Source: an uncultured Actinomycetes bacterium
Lineage (GTDB): Bacteria; Actinomycetota; UBA4738; HRBIN12
Direction of reading: 5' to 3'
NCBI GenBank assembly: GCA_963704885.1
Contig: CAVPIB010000004.1
Coordinates: 288,001 to 352,000, forward strand
Length of the DNA: 64,000 nt
The notes under the pieces were generated by a model. That model was not told the DNA's origin. It ran no database searches and saw nothing but the letters and a program-made list of their open reading frames with translations. A program made the translations under genes and the position numbers. Shown piece after piece: positions 22,689 to 32,369 of the stretch (positions are counted from its first letter, which is position 1; each line of letters opens with the position of its first letter).

Positions 22689-24119
22689 TCAGCCTGCCTG
22701 CGGTAGAGGCAGCTCGAGATGGAACGACAGTCGCCCCCCGTCGACCTCCCCCCACGCGCGCCCTCCCTGTGCCCGCGCGACCCCTCGGGCGACGAACAGG
22801 CCTATCTTGCTGCCCGATCCCGTCCCCGGGCGACGCGCCACGAACAGCCCCTCCACGTCGTCGGGCGTGAGGTCGGTCCCGTCGCGCCAGACGCGGAGCC
22901 GCAGGACGTCGCCATCGCGCTCCCCGTCGATCGCGATCGGCCCCTCGCGTCCCCACCACACGAGCGCCTCAACGAACGAGAGCAGCGCCGACTTCAGCCG
23001 CGCGGGATCCACCACCAACGACCCGCCGGTTCCCAGCCACCGGATCTCCGGGTGCTCGGGGTCTCGACGCTGCGACTCGATGATGGTCTCGGCGAGGTCG
23101 GAGAGTTCGACCCGCTCGGGGAACATCTCCAGCGTGCCGGCCGCCACCCGGCCCGCATCGACCAGTAACCGGAGGATCGTGTCCATCCGATCAGCATCGA
23201 ACACGATACCCTGCAGCATCAGCGAACGCTGCTCGGGGGTCATCGACTCCCATCGCTTCTCCAGGGCGTACCCGAACCCCTTCATGGCGGTCAGCGGCGA
23301 ACGGATATCGTGAGCGGCCGCCGCGACGATGGTCTCTAGCGGGACGGCGCCGCTGCGGTGTTGGCGTGCCCATTCGAACAGACACACAGTGGCGGCGGCC
23401 GCGAGGTTCAACGACTCGGCCTTACCGCGGTGTGGGATGCGAACGGTCCCGTCGACGGCCTTCAAGACCTCGGACGGCAGTCCATGAGCCTCGTTGCCGA
23501 AGACGAGGGCCAAGGGGCCACCCAGATCTGTTGCGTACAGATCGTCGGCTCCCCTGGCATCCATCGCGAGGATCCGCCGACCTTGCTCATGAGCCAGCTC
23601 CAGCACCTCCAGGGTGGGAACGGCCCTAGCGATCGGCAGATGGAAGACGGATCCGGCCGAGGAACGCACCGTCTTGGGGTTGTAGACGTCTACCGAGCTC
23701 GAGGTGAAAACGATCCCGGACGCGCCGGCGGCGTCGCAGGAGCGCAGGACCGTCCCCGCGTTGCCCGGGTCACGCACCTCGTGGAGGACAACGAGACAAC
23801 CGTCGGTCGGCAGAGTCTCCAAGGCGGTGTCGACGAATGCCGCGATCCCGACGATCCCTTGAGGCGTTACCGTCGACGTCAGCTTGGCCATGACGTCGGC
23901 ACTGACCGCGTGGACCTCTACTCCTTGTTGCCGCGCCCGGATAGCGAGGGGATCCGACGCGTCGCCGACGAAGAGCTCTCTGAGATGGCCGGGTTGTTCG
24001 AGCGCCTCGCCGACGCCCTGAGCGCCCTCGACCAGGAAGCGGCGATCCTCCTCGCGGAACGCACGCTTCTTCAGGCGAACGGCGGCGGCGACCTTCGGGT
24101 TCTTTGCGGACGTCAGCAC
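22689..24119 (-). CDS. SpoU/TrmH RNA methyltransferase fused to a HisKA + degenerate HATPase domain
   Basis: One 476-aa ORF with SPOUT motifs DPGNAGTVLRS, FGNEAHGL, ESLNLAAA, followed by H-box HDIRSPLTAMKG and G2-like GSGSKIGLFVARG. Confidence 0.88.
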   Translation of the reverse strand: MLTSAKNPKVAAAVRLKKRAFREEDRRFLVEGAQGVGEALEQPGHLRELFVGDASDPLAIRARQQGVEVHAVSADVMAKLTSTVTPQGIVGIAAFVDTALETLPTDGCLVVLHEVRDPGNAGTVLRSCDAAGASGIVFTSSSVDVYNPKTVRSSAGSVFHLPIARAVPTLEVLELAHEQGRRILAMDARGADDLYATDLGGPLALVFGNEAHGLPSEVLKAVDGTVRIPHRGKAESLNLAAAATVCLFEWARQHRSGAVPLETIVAAAAHDIRSPLTAMKGFGYALEKRWESMTPEQRSLMLQGIVFDADRMDTILRLLVDAGRVAAGTLEMFPERVELSDLAETIIESQRRDPEHPEIRWLGTGGSLVVDPARLKSALLSFVEALVWWGREGPIAIDGERDGDVLRLRVWRDGTDLTPDDVEGLFVARRPGTGSGSKIGLFVARGVARAQGGRAWGEVDGGRLSFHLELPLPQAG

Positions 24120-24201
24120 GGCATCCCATCGGGCTCGAGACGCCCGCAGTCTACGGCTGCAGCCGAGATGGAGGTGTGGGAAGCCCCGCCCGCGGGCGAG
24201 A

Positions 24202-24567
24202 TCAGCCGGCCGCTGGAAGGGCGGACTTGGCCGTTTCGACCAGCGAGGCGAACGCTGTCGGATCATTGACTGCGAGATCGGCGAGGATCTTCCGGTCCAC
24301 CTCGACCCCTGCGACCTTCAGCCCGTTCATGAACCGCGAGTACGGGATCCCGTGCGGGCGAACCGCCGCGTTGATCCGGGCGATCCACAGTCTGCGGAAC
24401 TGCGCCTTGCGGTCGCGTCGATCACGATAGGCGTAGTTGCCGGAGTGCATGACCTGTTCCTTGGCCACGCGGTAGCGCGTCCGACGACTCCCCGTGTAGC
24501 CCTTCGCTTTGGCCAGGACCTCACGGCGTTTCTTCTTCGCATGGACCGATCGTTTCACCCGTGCCAT
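24202..24567 (-). CDS. rplT: 50S ribosomal protein L20
   Basis: [31 protein letters not shown]. Confidence 0.98.
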   Translation of the reverse strand: MARVKRSVHAKKKRREVLAKAKGYTGSRRTRYRVAKEQVMHSGNYAYRDRRDRKAQFRRLWIARINAAVRPHGIPYSRFMNGLKVAGVEVDRKILADLAVNDPTAFASLVETAKSALPAAG

Positions 24568-24571
24568 CAGC

Positions 24572-24763
24572 TCACGCTCCCAGGAGGCGCTTGATCTTCT
24601 TGCGCTCGCCCTTCACCTCGGACATCCCTTCGACCCGGCGTCGCCGGCTCGAACTCTTCTTGGTCAGCATGTGGTTGCCTGTGGCCTTGCGATGGAGCAC
24701 CTTGCCGTTGCGGGTGATCCGGAACCGCTTGGCGGCCGAGCGATTCGTCTTCATCTTCGGCAT
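24572..24763 (-). CDS. rpmI: 50S ribosomal protein L35
   Basis: [14 protein letters not shown]; between infC and rplT. Confidence 0.97.
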   Translation of the reverse strand: MPKMKTNRSAAKRFRITRNGKVLHRKATGNHMLTKKSSSRRRRVEGMSEVKGERKKIKRLLGA

Positions 24764-24768
24764 CATCG

Positions 24769-25323
24769 TTACCCTTCGTCGGACGCGGCCTCGGTGGAGC
24801 GGGGCTCGAGGTGCTTCTTGCTGGGCCCGATCACCATGACCATGTTCCGCCCTTCCTGCTTCGGCATCGAATCCACGACGATGCTTTCCCCAAGCTCCTG
24901 GATCAACCGGTCCAAGATCTTGCGACCGAGATCCGTGTGCGCCATCTCGCGCCCCCGGAACATGATCGTGATCTTGACCTTGGCGCCGGCCCGCAGGAAC
25001 CGCTCGACGTGGCCCTTCTTCGTGTCGTAATCGTGTCGGTCGATCTTCGGACGGAACTTGATCTCTTTGACTTCGACCCGCGACTGCTTCTTACGGGCCT
25101 CTTTCTGGCGGATGTCGCGTTCGTACTTGTACTTCCCGTAATCCATGATGCGGCACACCGGCGGATCGGCCTGCGGCGCAACCTCCACTAGATCCAGGTC
25201 CAGGTCTTTCGCCTGACGCAGCGCATCTTGGGTGGATACCACTCCGATCTGCGCGCCGTCGGCCCCCACCAGACGAACCTGTGGAGACCTGATCCGGTCG
25301 TTGATCCTCGGATCAGTCGAGAC
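24769..25323 (-). CDS. infC: translation initiation factor IF-3 (probable non-canonical GTC start)
   Basis: DLVEVAP..PPVCRIMDYGKYKYE, KEIKFRPKID, IMFRGRE. The conserved N-terminus STDPRINDRIR extends upstream to GTC 25323 behind an AGAGGTGAT SD. Confidence 0.95.
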   Translation of the reverse strand, partial: VSTDPRINDRIRSPQVRLVGADGAQIGVVSTQDALRQAKDLDLDLVEVAPQADPPVCRIMDYGKYKYERDIRQKEARKKQSRVEVKEIKFRPKIDRHDYDTKKGHVERFLRAGAKVKITIMFRGREMAHTDLGRKILDRLIQELGESIVVDSMPKQEGRNMVMVIGPSKKHLEPRSTEAASDEG

Positions 25324-25340
25324 CCCGCATCACCTCTTTC

Positions 25341-25408
25341 AGAAAACAAGCACCGGTCGAGCCGGTGCGCGAAAGCGACAAGTCCTGCACTGCTGACCAG
25401 GAAGTATA
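25341..25408 (-). promoter_or_regulatory. infC-rpmI-rplT promoter -10 box and structured leader with terminator-like hairpin
   Basis: TATACT at 25408-25403; GCACCGG-CTCGA-CCGGTGC followed by TTGTTTTCT, just before the SD. Confidence 0.5.
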
Positions 25409-25449
25409 GGCGTCGCCCCGGCTCCGTGTCGACGCCGGCCGAGCGGCCG

Positions 25450-25800
25450 TCACCAATCGGCCTCGAGCGGGCGCCCGTATGCATCTTCGAGCCGCTGCGA
25501 ATCGTCCTCGGTGGTGTAGCCGTAGGCGATCTCGAGGACCCGGCCACGCGTCACTCCCACGCACCGGATCCGATGCGTTTCCTCCGCGGCGACCATGAAT
25601 TCCTCACCGGGCTGAGCTTCCACTATCCGGTTGCCGATCTCGATGGTAAGCCCCGCATCCAGCACCACCCACATCTCGTCGCGCATCCGGTGGTAGTGCA
25701 CGCTCGTTTCCTGCCCCGGCTCGACGGTTATCACGCGCACGGAGGCCGGTTGGTTGAGGGCATGGGTCGCAACCTTGCCCCACGGTTTGTCGACTATCAT
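25450..25800 (-). CDS. cupin protein (phosphomannose isomerase type II C-terminal-like)
   Basis: VDKPWG..TSVHYHRMRDEMW..HRI..EIAYG..EDD..RLEDAYGR. ATG overlaps the ribH stop. Confidence 0.82.
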   Translation of the reverse strand: MIVDKPWGKVATHALNQPASVRVITVEPGQETSVHYHRMRDEMWVVLDAGLTIEIGNRIVEAQPGEEFMVAAEETHRIRCVGVTRGRVLEIAYGYTTEDDSQRLEDAYGRPLEADW

Positions 25801-26279
25801 CCGGCCTCCTGAGGTTCGGGCAGGTCGCTCATGAGCGAGACCATGGTGAGCACGGCGTCCGCCGCCTCCCATCCTTTGTTCCCGTGACGACCACCGGCTC
25901 GATCCTCGGCTTGAGCCATCGTTTCGACCGCAAGCACCTCGAAGATCACCGGAAGGCCTGTATCGCGTGCCACGTCGGCGATCCCCCGCGCGGCTTCGTT
26001 CGCCACGAGCTCGAAGTGCGCCGTCTCACCGCGAACGATCGCCCCCAGGCAGATCAGCCCGTCGTACCTGCCGCTCGAGGCCATCCGTCGAGCCACCGGC
26101 GGGATCTCGAAGGCACCGGGTACCCACGCGAGGTCGACGTCGGCCTCGCCCACACCCCGTGCCGATAGACCCGCCTGAGCCCCCTCTACCAGCTTGCTGG
26201 TGACGACGTCGTTGAATCGCGCGGCGACGATCCCGATGCGCCGGCCGCTCCCGTCTGGATCACCCTCGTACGTGTTCAC
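25797..26279 (-). CDS. ribH: 6,7-dimethyl-8-ribityllumazine synthase
   Basis: [28 protein letters not shown]. Confidence 0.96.
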   Translation of the reverse strand: MNTYEGDPDGSGRRIGIVAARFNDVVTSKLVEGAQAGLSARGVGEADVDLAWVPGAFEIPPVARRMASSGRYDGLICLGAIVRGETAHFELVANEAARGIADVARDTGLPVIFEVLAVETMAQAEDRAGGRHGNKGWEAADAVLTMVSLMSDLPEPQEAG

Positions 26280-27553
26280 CGCTCCACCGTGGCACCCGTG
26301 ATGGGCATCGTCTCCGGTAGGTCGTCGAGGAGATGACCCATCTTCTCTCGCTTGGCTCGTAGGTACCCGATGTTCTCGGGCGTCGGGGCCGTCTGGATCG
26401 GGATCCGATCCGAGATCGACAATCCATACCCCTCGAGCCCCGCGCGTTTGGCTGGGTTGTTGGTGAGTAGGCGCATGCTTCGCACCCCCAGGTCGACCAG
26501 GATCTGCGCGCCGATACCGTAGTCGCGGGGATCGGCCGAGAAGCCCAGCTCCAGGTTCGCCTCGACGGTGTCCCGTCCCTGGTCCTGGAGCTCATAGGCG
26601 CGGAGCTTGTGCGTCAACCCGATCGCGCGCCCCTCGTGTCCCCGCACGTAGAGGACGACCCCTCGGCCTTCCTGAGCGACCATCTCCAAGGCCCGGTCGA
26701 GCTGTGCACCACAGTCGCAGCGAAGGGAGCCGAACACGTCTCCTGTTAGGCATTCCGAATGGACGCGCGTGAGCACCTCGGCGCCGTCGCCGATCTCACC
26801 GAGGACGAGGGCGATGTGCGTCCGGCCATCCACCAGACTCTCGAACGCGTAGGACCGGAACTCGCCGTGAGGGGTGGGGATGGTGGTCTCGGCGACCCTC
26901 GCTACCAGGACCTCGTGGGCCCTGCGGTATGCGATCAGATCCGCGATGGAGATGATCTTCAGACCGTGCGTCCTCGCGAATCCTACGAGATCGGGTAGAC
27001 GGGCCATCGTTCCATCGTCGTTGACCGTCTCGCACAAGACGCCGGCCGGGTAGAGCCCCGCCAGGCGAGCGAGATCAACCGAGGCTTCGGTGTGCCCGGC
27101 ACGTTTGAGTACTCCGCCCTCACGGTAGCGCAGAGGGAAGATATGCCCAGGTCGTGAGAGGTCCTCGGGTCCGGTGGCCGGATCGATAACCGTGCGGATA
27201 GTGGTGGCCCGGTCGGCGGCCGAGATCCCGGTAGTCACATCTCTCCTGGCGTCGATAGACACTGTGAACGCCGTCCGCTGATGATCCGTGTTGGCCGCCA
27301 CCATGAGGGGGATCTGGAGCTCGTCCAACCGCTCCCCCTCCACCGGCATGCAGATCACCCCGCTCGAATGCCGGACTATGAACGCGATAGCTTCCGGCGA
27401 AACCTTCTCGGCAGCCATGATGAGATCACCCTCGTTCTCGCGATCCGCGTCGTCGACCACCACCACGAGTCGTCCCGCTCTGATGTCGTCGACGGCCTCG
27501 GGGATCGACGCGAACACGGAACGATCGACGTCTGTCTGTGCGTGCTCGCTCAT
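26276..27553 (-). CDS. ribBA: bifunctional DHBP synthase / GTP cyclohydrolase II
   Basis: [43 protein letters not shown]. Confidence 0.96.
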   Translation of the reverse strand: MSEHAQTDVDRSVFASIPEAVDDIRAGRLVVVVDDADRENEGDLIMAAEKVSPEAIAFIVRHSSGVICMPVEGERLDELQIPLMVAANTDHQRTAFTVSIDARRDVTTGISAADRATTIRTVIDPATGPEDLSRPGHIFPLRYREGGVLKRAGHTEASVDLARLAGLYPAGVLCETVNDDGTMARLPDLVGFARTHGLKIISIADLIAYRRAHEVLVARVAETTIPTPHGEFRSYAFESLVDGRTHIALVLGEIGDGAEVLTRVHSECLTGDVFGSLRCDCGAQLDRALEMVAQEGRGVVLYVRGHEGRAIGLTHKLRAYELQDQGRDTVEANLELGFSADPRDYGIGAQILVDLGVRSMRLLTNNPAKRAGLEGYGLSISDRIPIQTAPTPENIGYLRAKREKMGHLLDDLPETMPITGATVER

Positions 27554-28134
27554 ACGGGATGTCCTTCCATCAGTCGCTCGACATACTTCGCGATCACATC
27601 CACTTCGATGTTCAGCCGGTCGCCCGGGACGGAGGAGCCAAGGGTGGTCGCCCCAAGGGTGTGGGGGATCAGGGCGATATCGATCTCGTCATCCTCGATC
27701 CTCGCCACGGTGAGACTGATCCCGTCCACCGCGATCGAGCCCTTCTCCACGACGTAGCGGATGAGCCCCCGAGGCACTCGGAGCGTGAGGACGGCACCAC
27801 GATCGTCGGGCGTCAGGCGGATGATCTCTCCCACGCCGTCGACATGGCCTTGCACCAGATGACCACCGAGCCTCGCGGACAGCGTCACCGGTCGTTCGAG
27901 GTTCACGGCATCACCTGGCCTGAGTCGGCCGAGGCTCGATCGGGCGAGTGTCTCCGAGGAGAGTTCGAAACCCAGCCCCTCTCCACCGTTGGTCACGACG
28001 GTCAGACATACGCCGTTCACCGCGATCGAGTCGCCCACCTGACCACCCGACTCGATCGATCGGGAGGCTACGGACAATCGGTTGCCCTCCAAGGTCCGAA
28101 CCTCGGCGCACTCCTCAATGATCCCGGTGAACAT
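27550..28134 (-). CDS. ribE: riboflavin synthase
   Basis: [30 protein letters not shown]. Confidence 0.96.
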   Translation of the reverse strand: MFTGIIEECAEVRTLEGNRLSVASRSIESGGQVGDSIAVNGVCLTVVTNGGEGLGFELSSETLARSSLGRLRPGDAVNLERPVTLSARLGGHLVQGHVDGVGEIIRLTPDDRGAVLTLRVPRGLIRYVVEKGSIAVDGISLTVARIEDDEIDIALIPHTLGATTLGSSVPGDRLNIEVDVIAKYVERLMEGHPV

Positions 28135-29218
28135 CTGCCACCACCTTCAGGTCCTCGCCGAGACGCTCGAAGCTCACGATGTCCACATCCAGCGCTTCGC
28201 CGATGGTTGCGACACCGTCCCCCATCAACACCCCGGGGGCGTCGGCGCCACCGACGAGCTTGGGCGCCAGGTACAGCACGAGCCGATCGACGCAGCCAGC
28301 CTGCACGAACCCCCAGGCGAGAGATCCGCCGCCTTCCACGAGCACGCCCTGTGCATCACGCTTGCCCAGACGCGCCAGAAGATCCGGAAGGGACACCCCT
28401 CCCGCGGGATCGCGCTCGACGAGCTCGACGTCGGCACCCGCCGCCACCCAGGCGTCGACCCGGTCGGGCTCCACGTCATCGGTCGTGGCCACCAGGGTCT
28501 CTGCCTCGTGATCGAAGAGCTGAAGCTCTGCTGGGACTCGCCCCGTGGCGTCGACGACCACGCGTAGAGGCGGCAGCCCCGAGTAGCCGGGATCGCGAAC
28601 GGTAAGCGATGGATCATCGGCGATCGCCGTGCCGGCCCCCACGACGATCGCGTCGGCGTTCGCGCGGAGCCTCTGGACGTCGGCTCGGGCCGCCTCGCCA
28701 GTGATCCATCTCGAGGACCCATCCCGCGCCGCGATCCTTCCGTCGAGAGAGGCTGCCATCTTCAAAGTCACGAACGGGAGTCCGGTCGTCACGTGTCGTT
28801 CGTAGGCCTCGTTGAATCTCCGCGACTCCAGCTCCAGGGGACCCACGGTGACGTCGATCCCGGCCGCTCGGAGCCGAGTGAACCCCCGGCCGTCCACGAT
28901 GGGATTCGGATCGCCCGTCGCCGCGACCACATGCGAAACTCCGGCACGGATCACGGCGCCCGTGCATGCGGGCGTGCGGCCGACGTGATCGCACGGCTCG
29001 AGCGTGCAGTACAAGGTGGCACCGCGAGCGCCTTCCCCCGCCGATGCCAGAGCCATCACCTCGGCGTGCGGGGTACCTGGCCCTTCGTGCCAGCCTTCGG
29101 CCACGACGACCCCGTCTCGGACGACGACGGCCCCGACGAGGGGGTTCGGGGAGACGTGCCCTCTAGCGCGCTCTGCCAACCTGAGCGCTCGGGCCATATG
29201 GATCTCATGTTCCGTCAC
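28115..29218 (-). CDS. ribD: bifunctional riboflavin deaminase/reductase
   Basis: PNPLVG, HAE..LEPC..C, SLDG, WIT, VEGG. Confidence 0.96.
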   Translation of the reverse strand: MTEHEIHMARALRLAERARGHVSPNPLVGAVVVRDGVVVAEGWHEGPGTPHAEVMALASAGEGARGATLYCTLEPCDHVGRTPACTGAVIRAGVSHVVAATGDPNPIVDGRGFTRLRAAGIDVTVGPLELESRRFNEAYERHVTTGLPFVTLKMAASLDGRIAARDGSSRWITGEAARADVQRLRANADAIVVGAGTAIADDPSLTVRDPGYSGLPPLRVVVDATGRVPAELQLFDHEAETLVATTDDVEPDRVDAWVAAGADVELVERDPAGGVSLPDLLARLGKRDAQGVLVEGGGSLAWGFVQAGCVDRLVLYLAPKLVGGADAPGVLMGDGVATIGEALDVDIVSFERLGEDLKVVADVHRDH

Positions 29219-29287
29219 CGGTCACCCCCATCGGGGGCGAGGTGGGAACGCGAGGCGCGCGACCCACGCTCAACGCGGATCGCTACA

Positions 29288-29415
29288 CCCGTCTCCTCCC
29301 ATCCCGACTCTCACGGTCGGTTCCGGAATCTCACCGGATCAACCTTCGCGTGGCTCGCGAAGGGTCGCGGACTGTCACCGCCGGTGGGGAATCGCACCCC
29401 GCCCCGGAAACGAGC
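29288..29415 (-). ncRNA. FMN riboswitch (RFN element)
   Basis: GGGGCGGGGTGCGATTCCCCACCGGCGGT..CCGGTGAGATTCCGG..GTCGGGATGGGAGGAG. Downstream hairpin TCGCCCCC-GAT-GGGGGTGA covers the ribD SD. TATACT -10 box at 29433-29428. Confidence 0.96.
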
Positions 29416-29471
29416 TATCTGCGGCCAAGTATACGAGGGCTGGGGCGGTGAGGCGAGATCGGTTCGCCCCG

Positions 29472-30401
29472 TCAGGGCGCGCGGCGATCGATCGCGAACG
29501 AAGACCCGAGATCCCGTTTCGCGAACTGCTTCATCTCGGTCGCGACCGCTACCGCCTCGCCGTAGTGGGCGAAGCCGCGTCGGGCCGTGGTCGCGATGCC
29601 GACGGAGATCGCCACCAGGGGGACGTCCTGCATCTCTCCCTTACGGTCTTCCATCCGGATGAACCCACGCTCGAGGTCCTCGGCCTCGTAGAACTCGGTG
29701 CGCGCTTCGTCGAACCGTAAACAGATCCTCTGAGCGACCTGCTCCGCGACGTCAGGATCGACGACCGCGACGAAGTCGTCGCCGCCCACGTGGCCGACGA
29801 ACCCCTCTCCTGGATCGGACTCAACAACCGCGTCCTGGATTATCCGGGCAGTCGTCTGGATAACGCGGTCACCCCGGACGAAGCCTTTCTGGTCGTTGTA
29901 GGTCTTGAAGTTGTCCAGATCGCAGTACAAGACGGCGAAGGGTCGCGCCTCCCGCACCTGCCGCTCGATCTCCTCTTGGATCCTGATGTTCCCCGGAAGG
30001 CCAGTGAGCGGCGAGAGGTTGCGCATCTCCTTGGCTCGTCGAAGGGTGCCCTTCACGCGGGCCAGTAGCTCGATCGGATCGAAAGGTTTGATGATGTAGT
30101 CGTCGGCCCCCGACTGAAGACCAGTGACCTTGTCGGCCGACAGTGCTTTGGCGGTCAACATGATGATGCTGGTGTTCGCGGTCTGCGGGTTCTTCCGCAG
30201 GCGTTGGGCGACCTCGAACCCATCGATCCGCGGCATCATCACATCGAGCAGAACGAGGTCCGGGCGAAGCTCCGCGGCGCGCTCGAGCGCCTCCTCGCCA
30301 TCGCCCGCCACCGCCACGTTGTAGCCCGCGGATCGCAGGTTCACCTCGACGAACCGCGCGATGTCCGGATCGTCGTCGACGACGAGGATGGTCTCAGGCA
30401 C
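29472..30401 (-). CDS. response regulator with GGDEF domain (diguanylate cyclase)
   Basis: REC domain (VVDDD, LLDVMMP, T, KPF) plus DLDNFK..ND..GHVGGDDF. Confidence 0.92.
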   Translation of the reverse strand: MPETILVVDDDPDIARFVEVNLRSAGYNVAVAGDGEEALERAAELRPDLVLLDVMMPRIDGFEVAQRLRKNPQTANTSIIMLTAKALSADKVTGLQSGADDYIIKPFDPIELLARVKGTLRRAKEMRNLSPLTGLPGNIRIQEEIERQVREARPFAVLYCDLDNFKTYNDQKGFVRGDRVIQTTARIIQDAVVESDPGEGFVGHVGGDDFVAVVDPDVAEQVAQRICLRFDEARTEFYEAEDLERGFIRMEDRKGEMQDVPLVAISVGIATTARRGFAHYGEAVAVATEMKQFAKRDLGSSFAIDRRAP

Positions 30402-31063
30402 TAGGCGGCCTCCCCGCGCGCGATCGCCGCGAGTTCCCTGGCGGCCTGCGCCGGATCCGGAGACCTGAACAGCGCCGACGCCGCCACGAGGACCGTAGCC
30501 CCGGCATCCACCGCACGCTTCGCGTTGTGGGCCTTCACGCCGCCGTCGATCTCGATCGCGGTGTGAAGGCCCCGGCGCTCCACTTCGTCCCTAGCTGCTT
30601 CCAGACGCGGATAGATCTCCGGGTTCAGCTCTTGCCCTGCCCATCCGGGCCTGATGCTCATGAGCATCAGGTCGTCCAGCTCTTCTAGGTGAGCGAACGA
30701 CGCCTCGACGCGAGTCTCGAGGTTGAGCGTCATCCCCACCCGCAATCCGGCCCCACGCGCCTTCGCGATGATGGGCGCCGGATCGTCTACGGCCTCGTGG
30801 TGGAACGAGACGATATCCAGTCCTGCCTCAGCCAGCTCGTCGAACAGCCCCTCAGGCGATTCGACCATCAGGTGCCCGTGCAGGACGAGGTCCGTCACGG
30901 GTCTCAGCGAGGCCACTACCACCGGTCCGATCGTTATCGGCGGCACGAAATGAGCATCCATGATGTCGATGTGGATGGCTTCGGCATAGGGTTCGATCAG
31001 CTTGACCTGATCGGCCAGATGGGCGAAGTCGGCAGCCAGGATCGATGCGGAAAGCGTGGCCAT
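30401..31063 (-). CDS. rpe: ribulose-phosphate 3-epimerase
   Basis: SILAADF, HIDIMDAHFVP, MSIRPGWAGQ, IDGG. Start reassigned to ATG 31063. Confidence 0.95.
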   Translation of the reverse strand: MATLSASILAADFAHLADQVKLIEPYAEAIHIDIMDAHFVPPITIGPVVVASLRPVTDLVLHGHLMVESPEGLFDELAEAGLDIVSFHHEAVDDPAPIIAKARGAGLRVGMTLNLETRVEASFAHLEELDDLMLMSIRPGWAGQELNPEIYPRLEAARDEVERRGLHTAIEIDGGVKAHNAKRAVDAGATVLVAASALFRSPDPAQAARELAAIARGEAA

Positions 31064-31085
31064 CGCCGCGTATCGTACCCGCCGG

Positions 31086-32369
31086 TCACTGGCGTTTCGT
31101 GAAGGCTGCCACGAACATCCCGTCCGAACCGTGCCGATGAGGCCACAGTCGCAGACGAGGAGCGGGGCCGTCCGGTCCCTGGATCGTGACCGGCTGCAGC
31201 TCGGGGCGATGGCGGACGAGCGCGTCGCAAACCGCGTCCGTCTCGGCTCGAGGGAACGTGCACACGGAGTAGACGAGGCGGCCGCCCGGATCCAGAGCAT
31301 CGGCCGCGGCCGCCGCGATGCGGACCTGGAGCTTGGCGAGCCTCGATAGCTCGGCCCTCTGTGGCCGCCAGAGCAATTCCGGGCGTCTACGTGCCGACCC
31401 GATCCCCGAGCACGGGGCGTCCACGAGGACACGATCGAATCCGTTCCGGAGCGCGGGCGCGGTGGCGTCTTGAGCGAACGCCAGGACCCGCACCCCCAGT
31501 CGCCGCGCGGTTCGGCGAACGAGAGCCACCCGCTCGGGGTGCACATCGCTCGCGACCACGCAACCCGACTCCCCGACCAGGCAGGCGGCATGGCAGGTCT
31601 TGCCGCCGGGAGCCGCACAGACATCGAATACACGGTCGCCCGGGCGGGGGGAGAGCGCAGACATGACGAACGCCGACGCCTGATCCTGGACGGCGAACCA
31701 CCCATCCGTGAAGCCGGGCAGCCGAGCGGGATCGCCGCCGTCCAGCAGGAGGCAGTCGGGGTGTAGAGCAGCGGGTCGGGGGTCGAGACCGCCCGCTCGA
31801 AGGGTCTCGCTCAGAGCGGAGACCGACGTTCGGCAGGTGTTCGTTCGGAGGCTGAGCCAACCACGCTCGCCGAGACCCTCTGCGGCGAGCTCCGCGTCGT
31901 CCCCCAGCAGCACGCGTAGTTCCCGTACCGCCCATGGCGCGAGCCCCGTTCTGGCCGAGACGTCCTCCTCCGCATCGCCCAGGGGTGGCGAAGGAGGATC
32001 GTCGGCGAGCCGACGCAGGATGGCGTTCACGAAGCCGCGCTCTCGTGGGCTCGCCAGCTCGACCGATTCCCCGACCGCCGCATGTTGCGGGATCCTGGTG
32101 AAGGCGATCTGGTAGGCCCCTAGGCGCAGGGCCGCGCGAGCTCCTGGGGTCATGCGCGCGACCGGCCGAGTCGCACGGAGCCCGATCGCACGATCGAGGC
32201 CCGGGAGTCGCCGGAGTGTTCCGAAGGCCAGTTCGGTAGCCAGGGCGCGGTCCCGGTCCGAGAGCCCGGACCTCGACAGGAGCGCAGGGATCAGCCGGCT
32301 GGAATAGCCGCCCTCGTCTGCGACCCGGCGCACGGCTTCGACGGCAACGGATCTGGCGGTCGGGATCAA
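31086..32369 (-). CDS. rsmB: 16S rRNA m5C967 methyltransferase (Sun/Fmu)
   Basis: NusB-like N-terminus, QDQAS, CAAPGGKT, DAPCSG, YSVCT. Confidence 0.93.
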   Translation of the reverse strand: MIPTARSVAVEAVRRVADEGGYSSRLIPALLSRSGLSDRDRALATELAFGTLRRLPGLDRAIGLRATRPVARMTPGARAALRLGAYQIAFTRIPQHAAVGESVELASPRERGFVNAILRRLADDPPSPPLGDAEEDVSARTGLAPWAVRELRVLLGDDAELAAEGLGERGWLSLRTNTCRTSVSALSETLRAGGLDPRPAALHPDCLLLDGGDPARLPGFTDGWFAVQDQASAFVMSALSPRPGDRVFDVCAAPGGKTCHAACLVGESGCVVASDVHPERVALVRRTARRLGVRVLAFAQDATAPALRNGFDRVLVDAPCSGIGSARRRPELLWRPQRAELSRLAKLQVRIAAAAADALDPGGRLVYSVCTFPRAETDAVCDALVRHRPELQPVTIQGPDGPAPRLRLWPHRHGSDGMFVAAFTKRQ

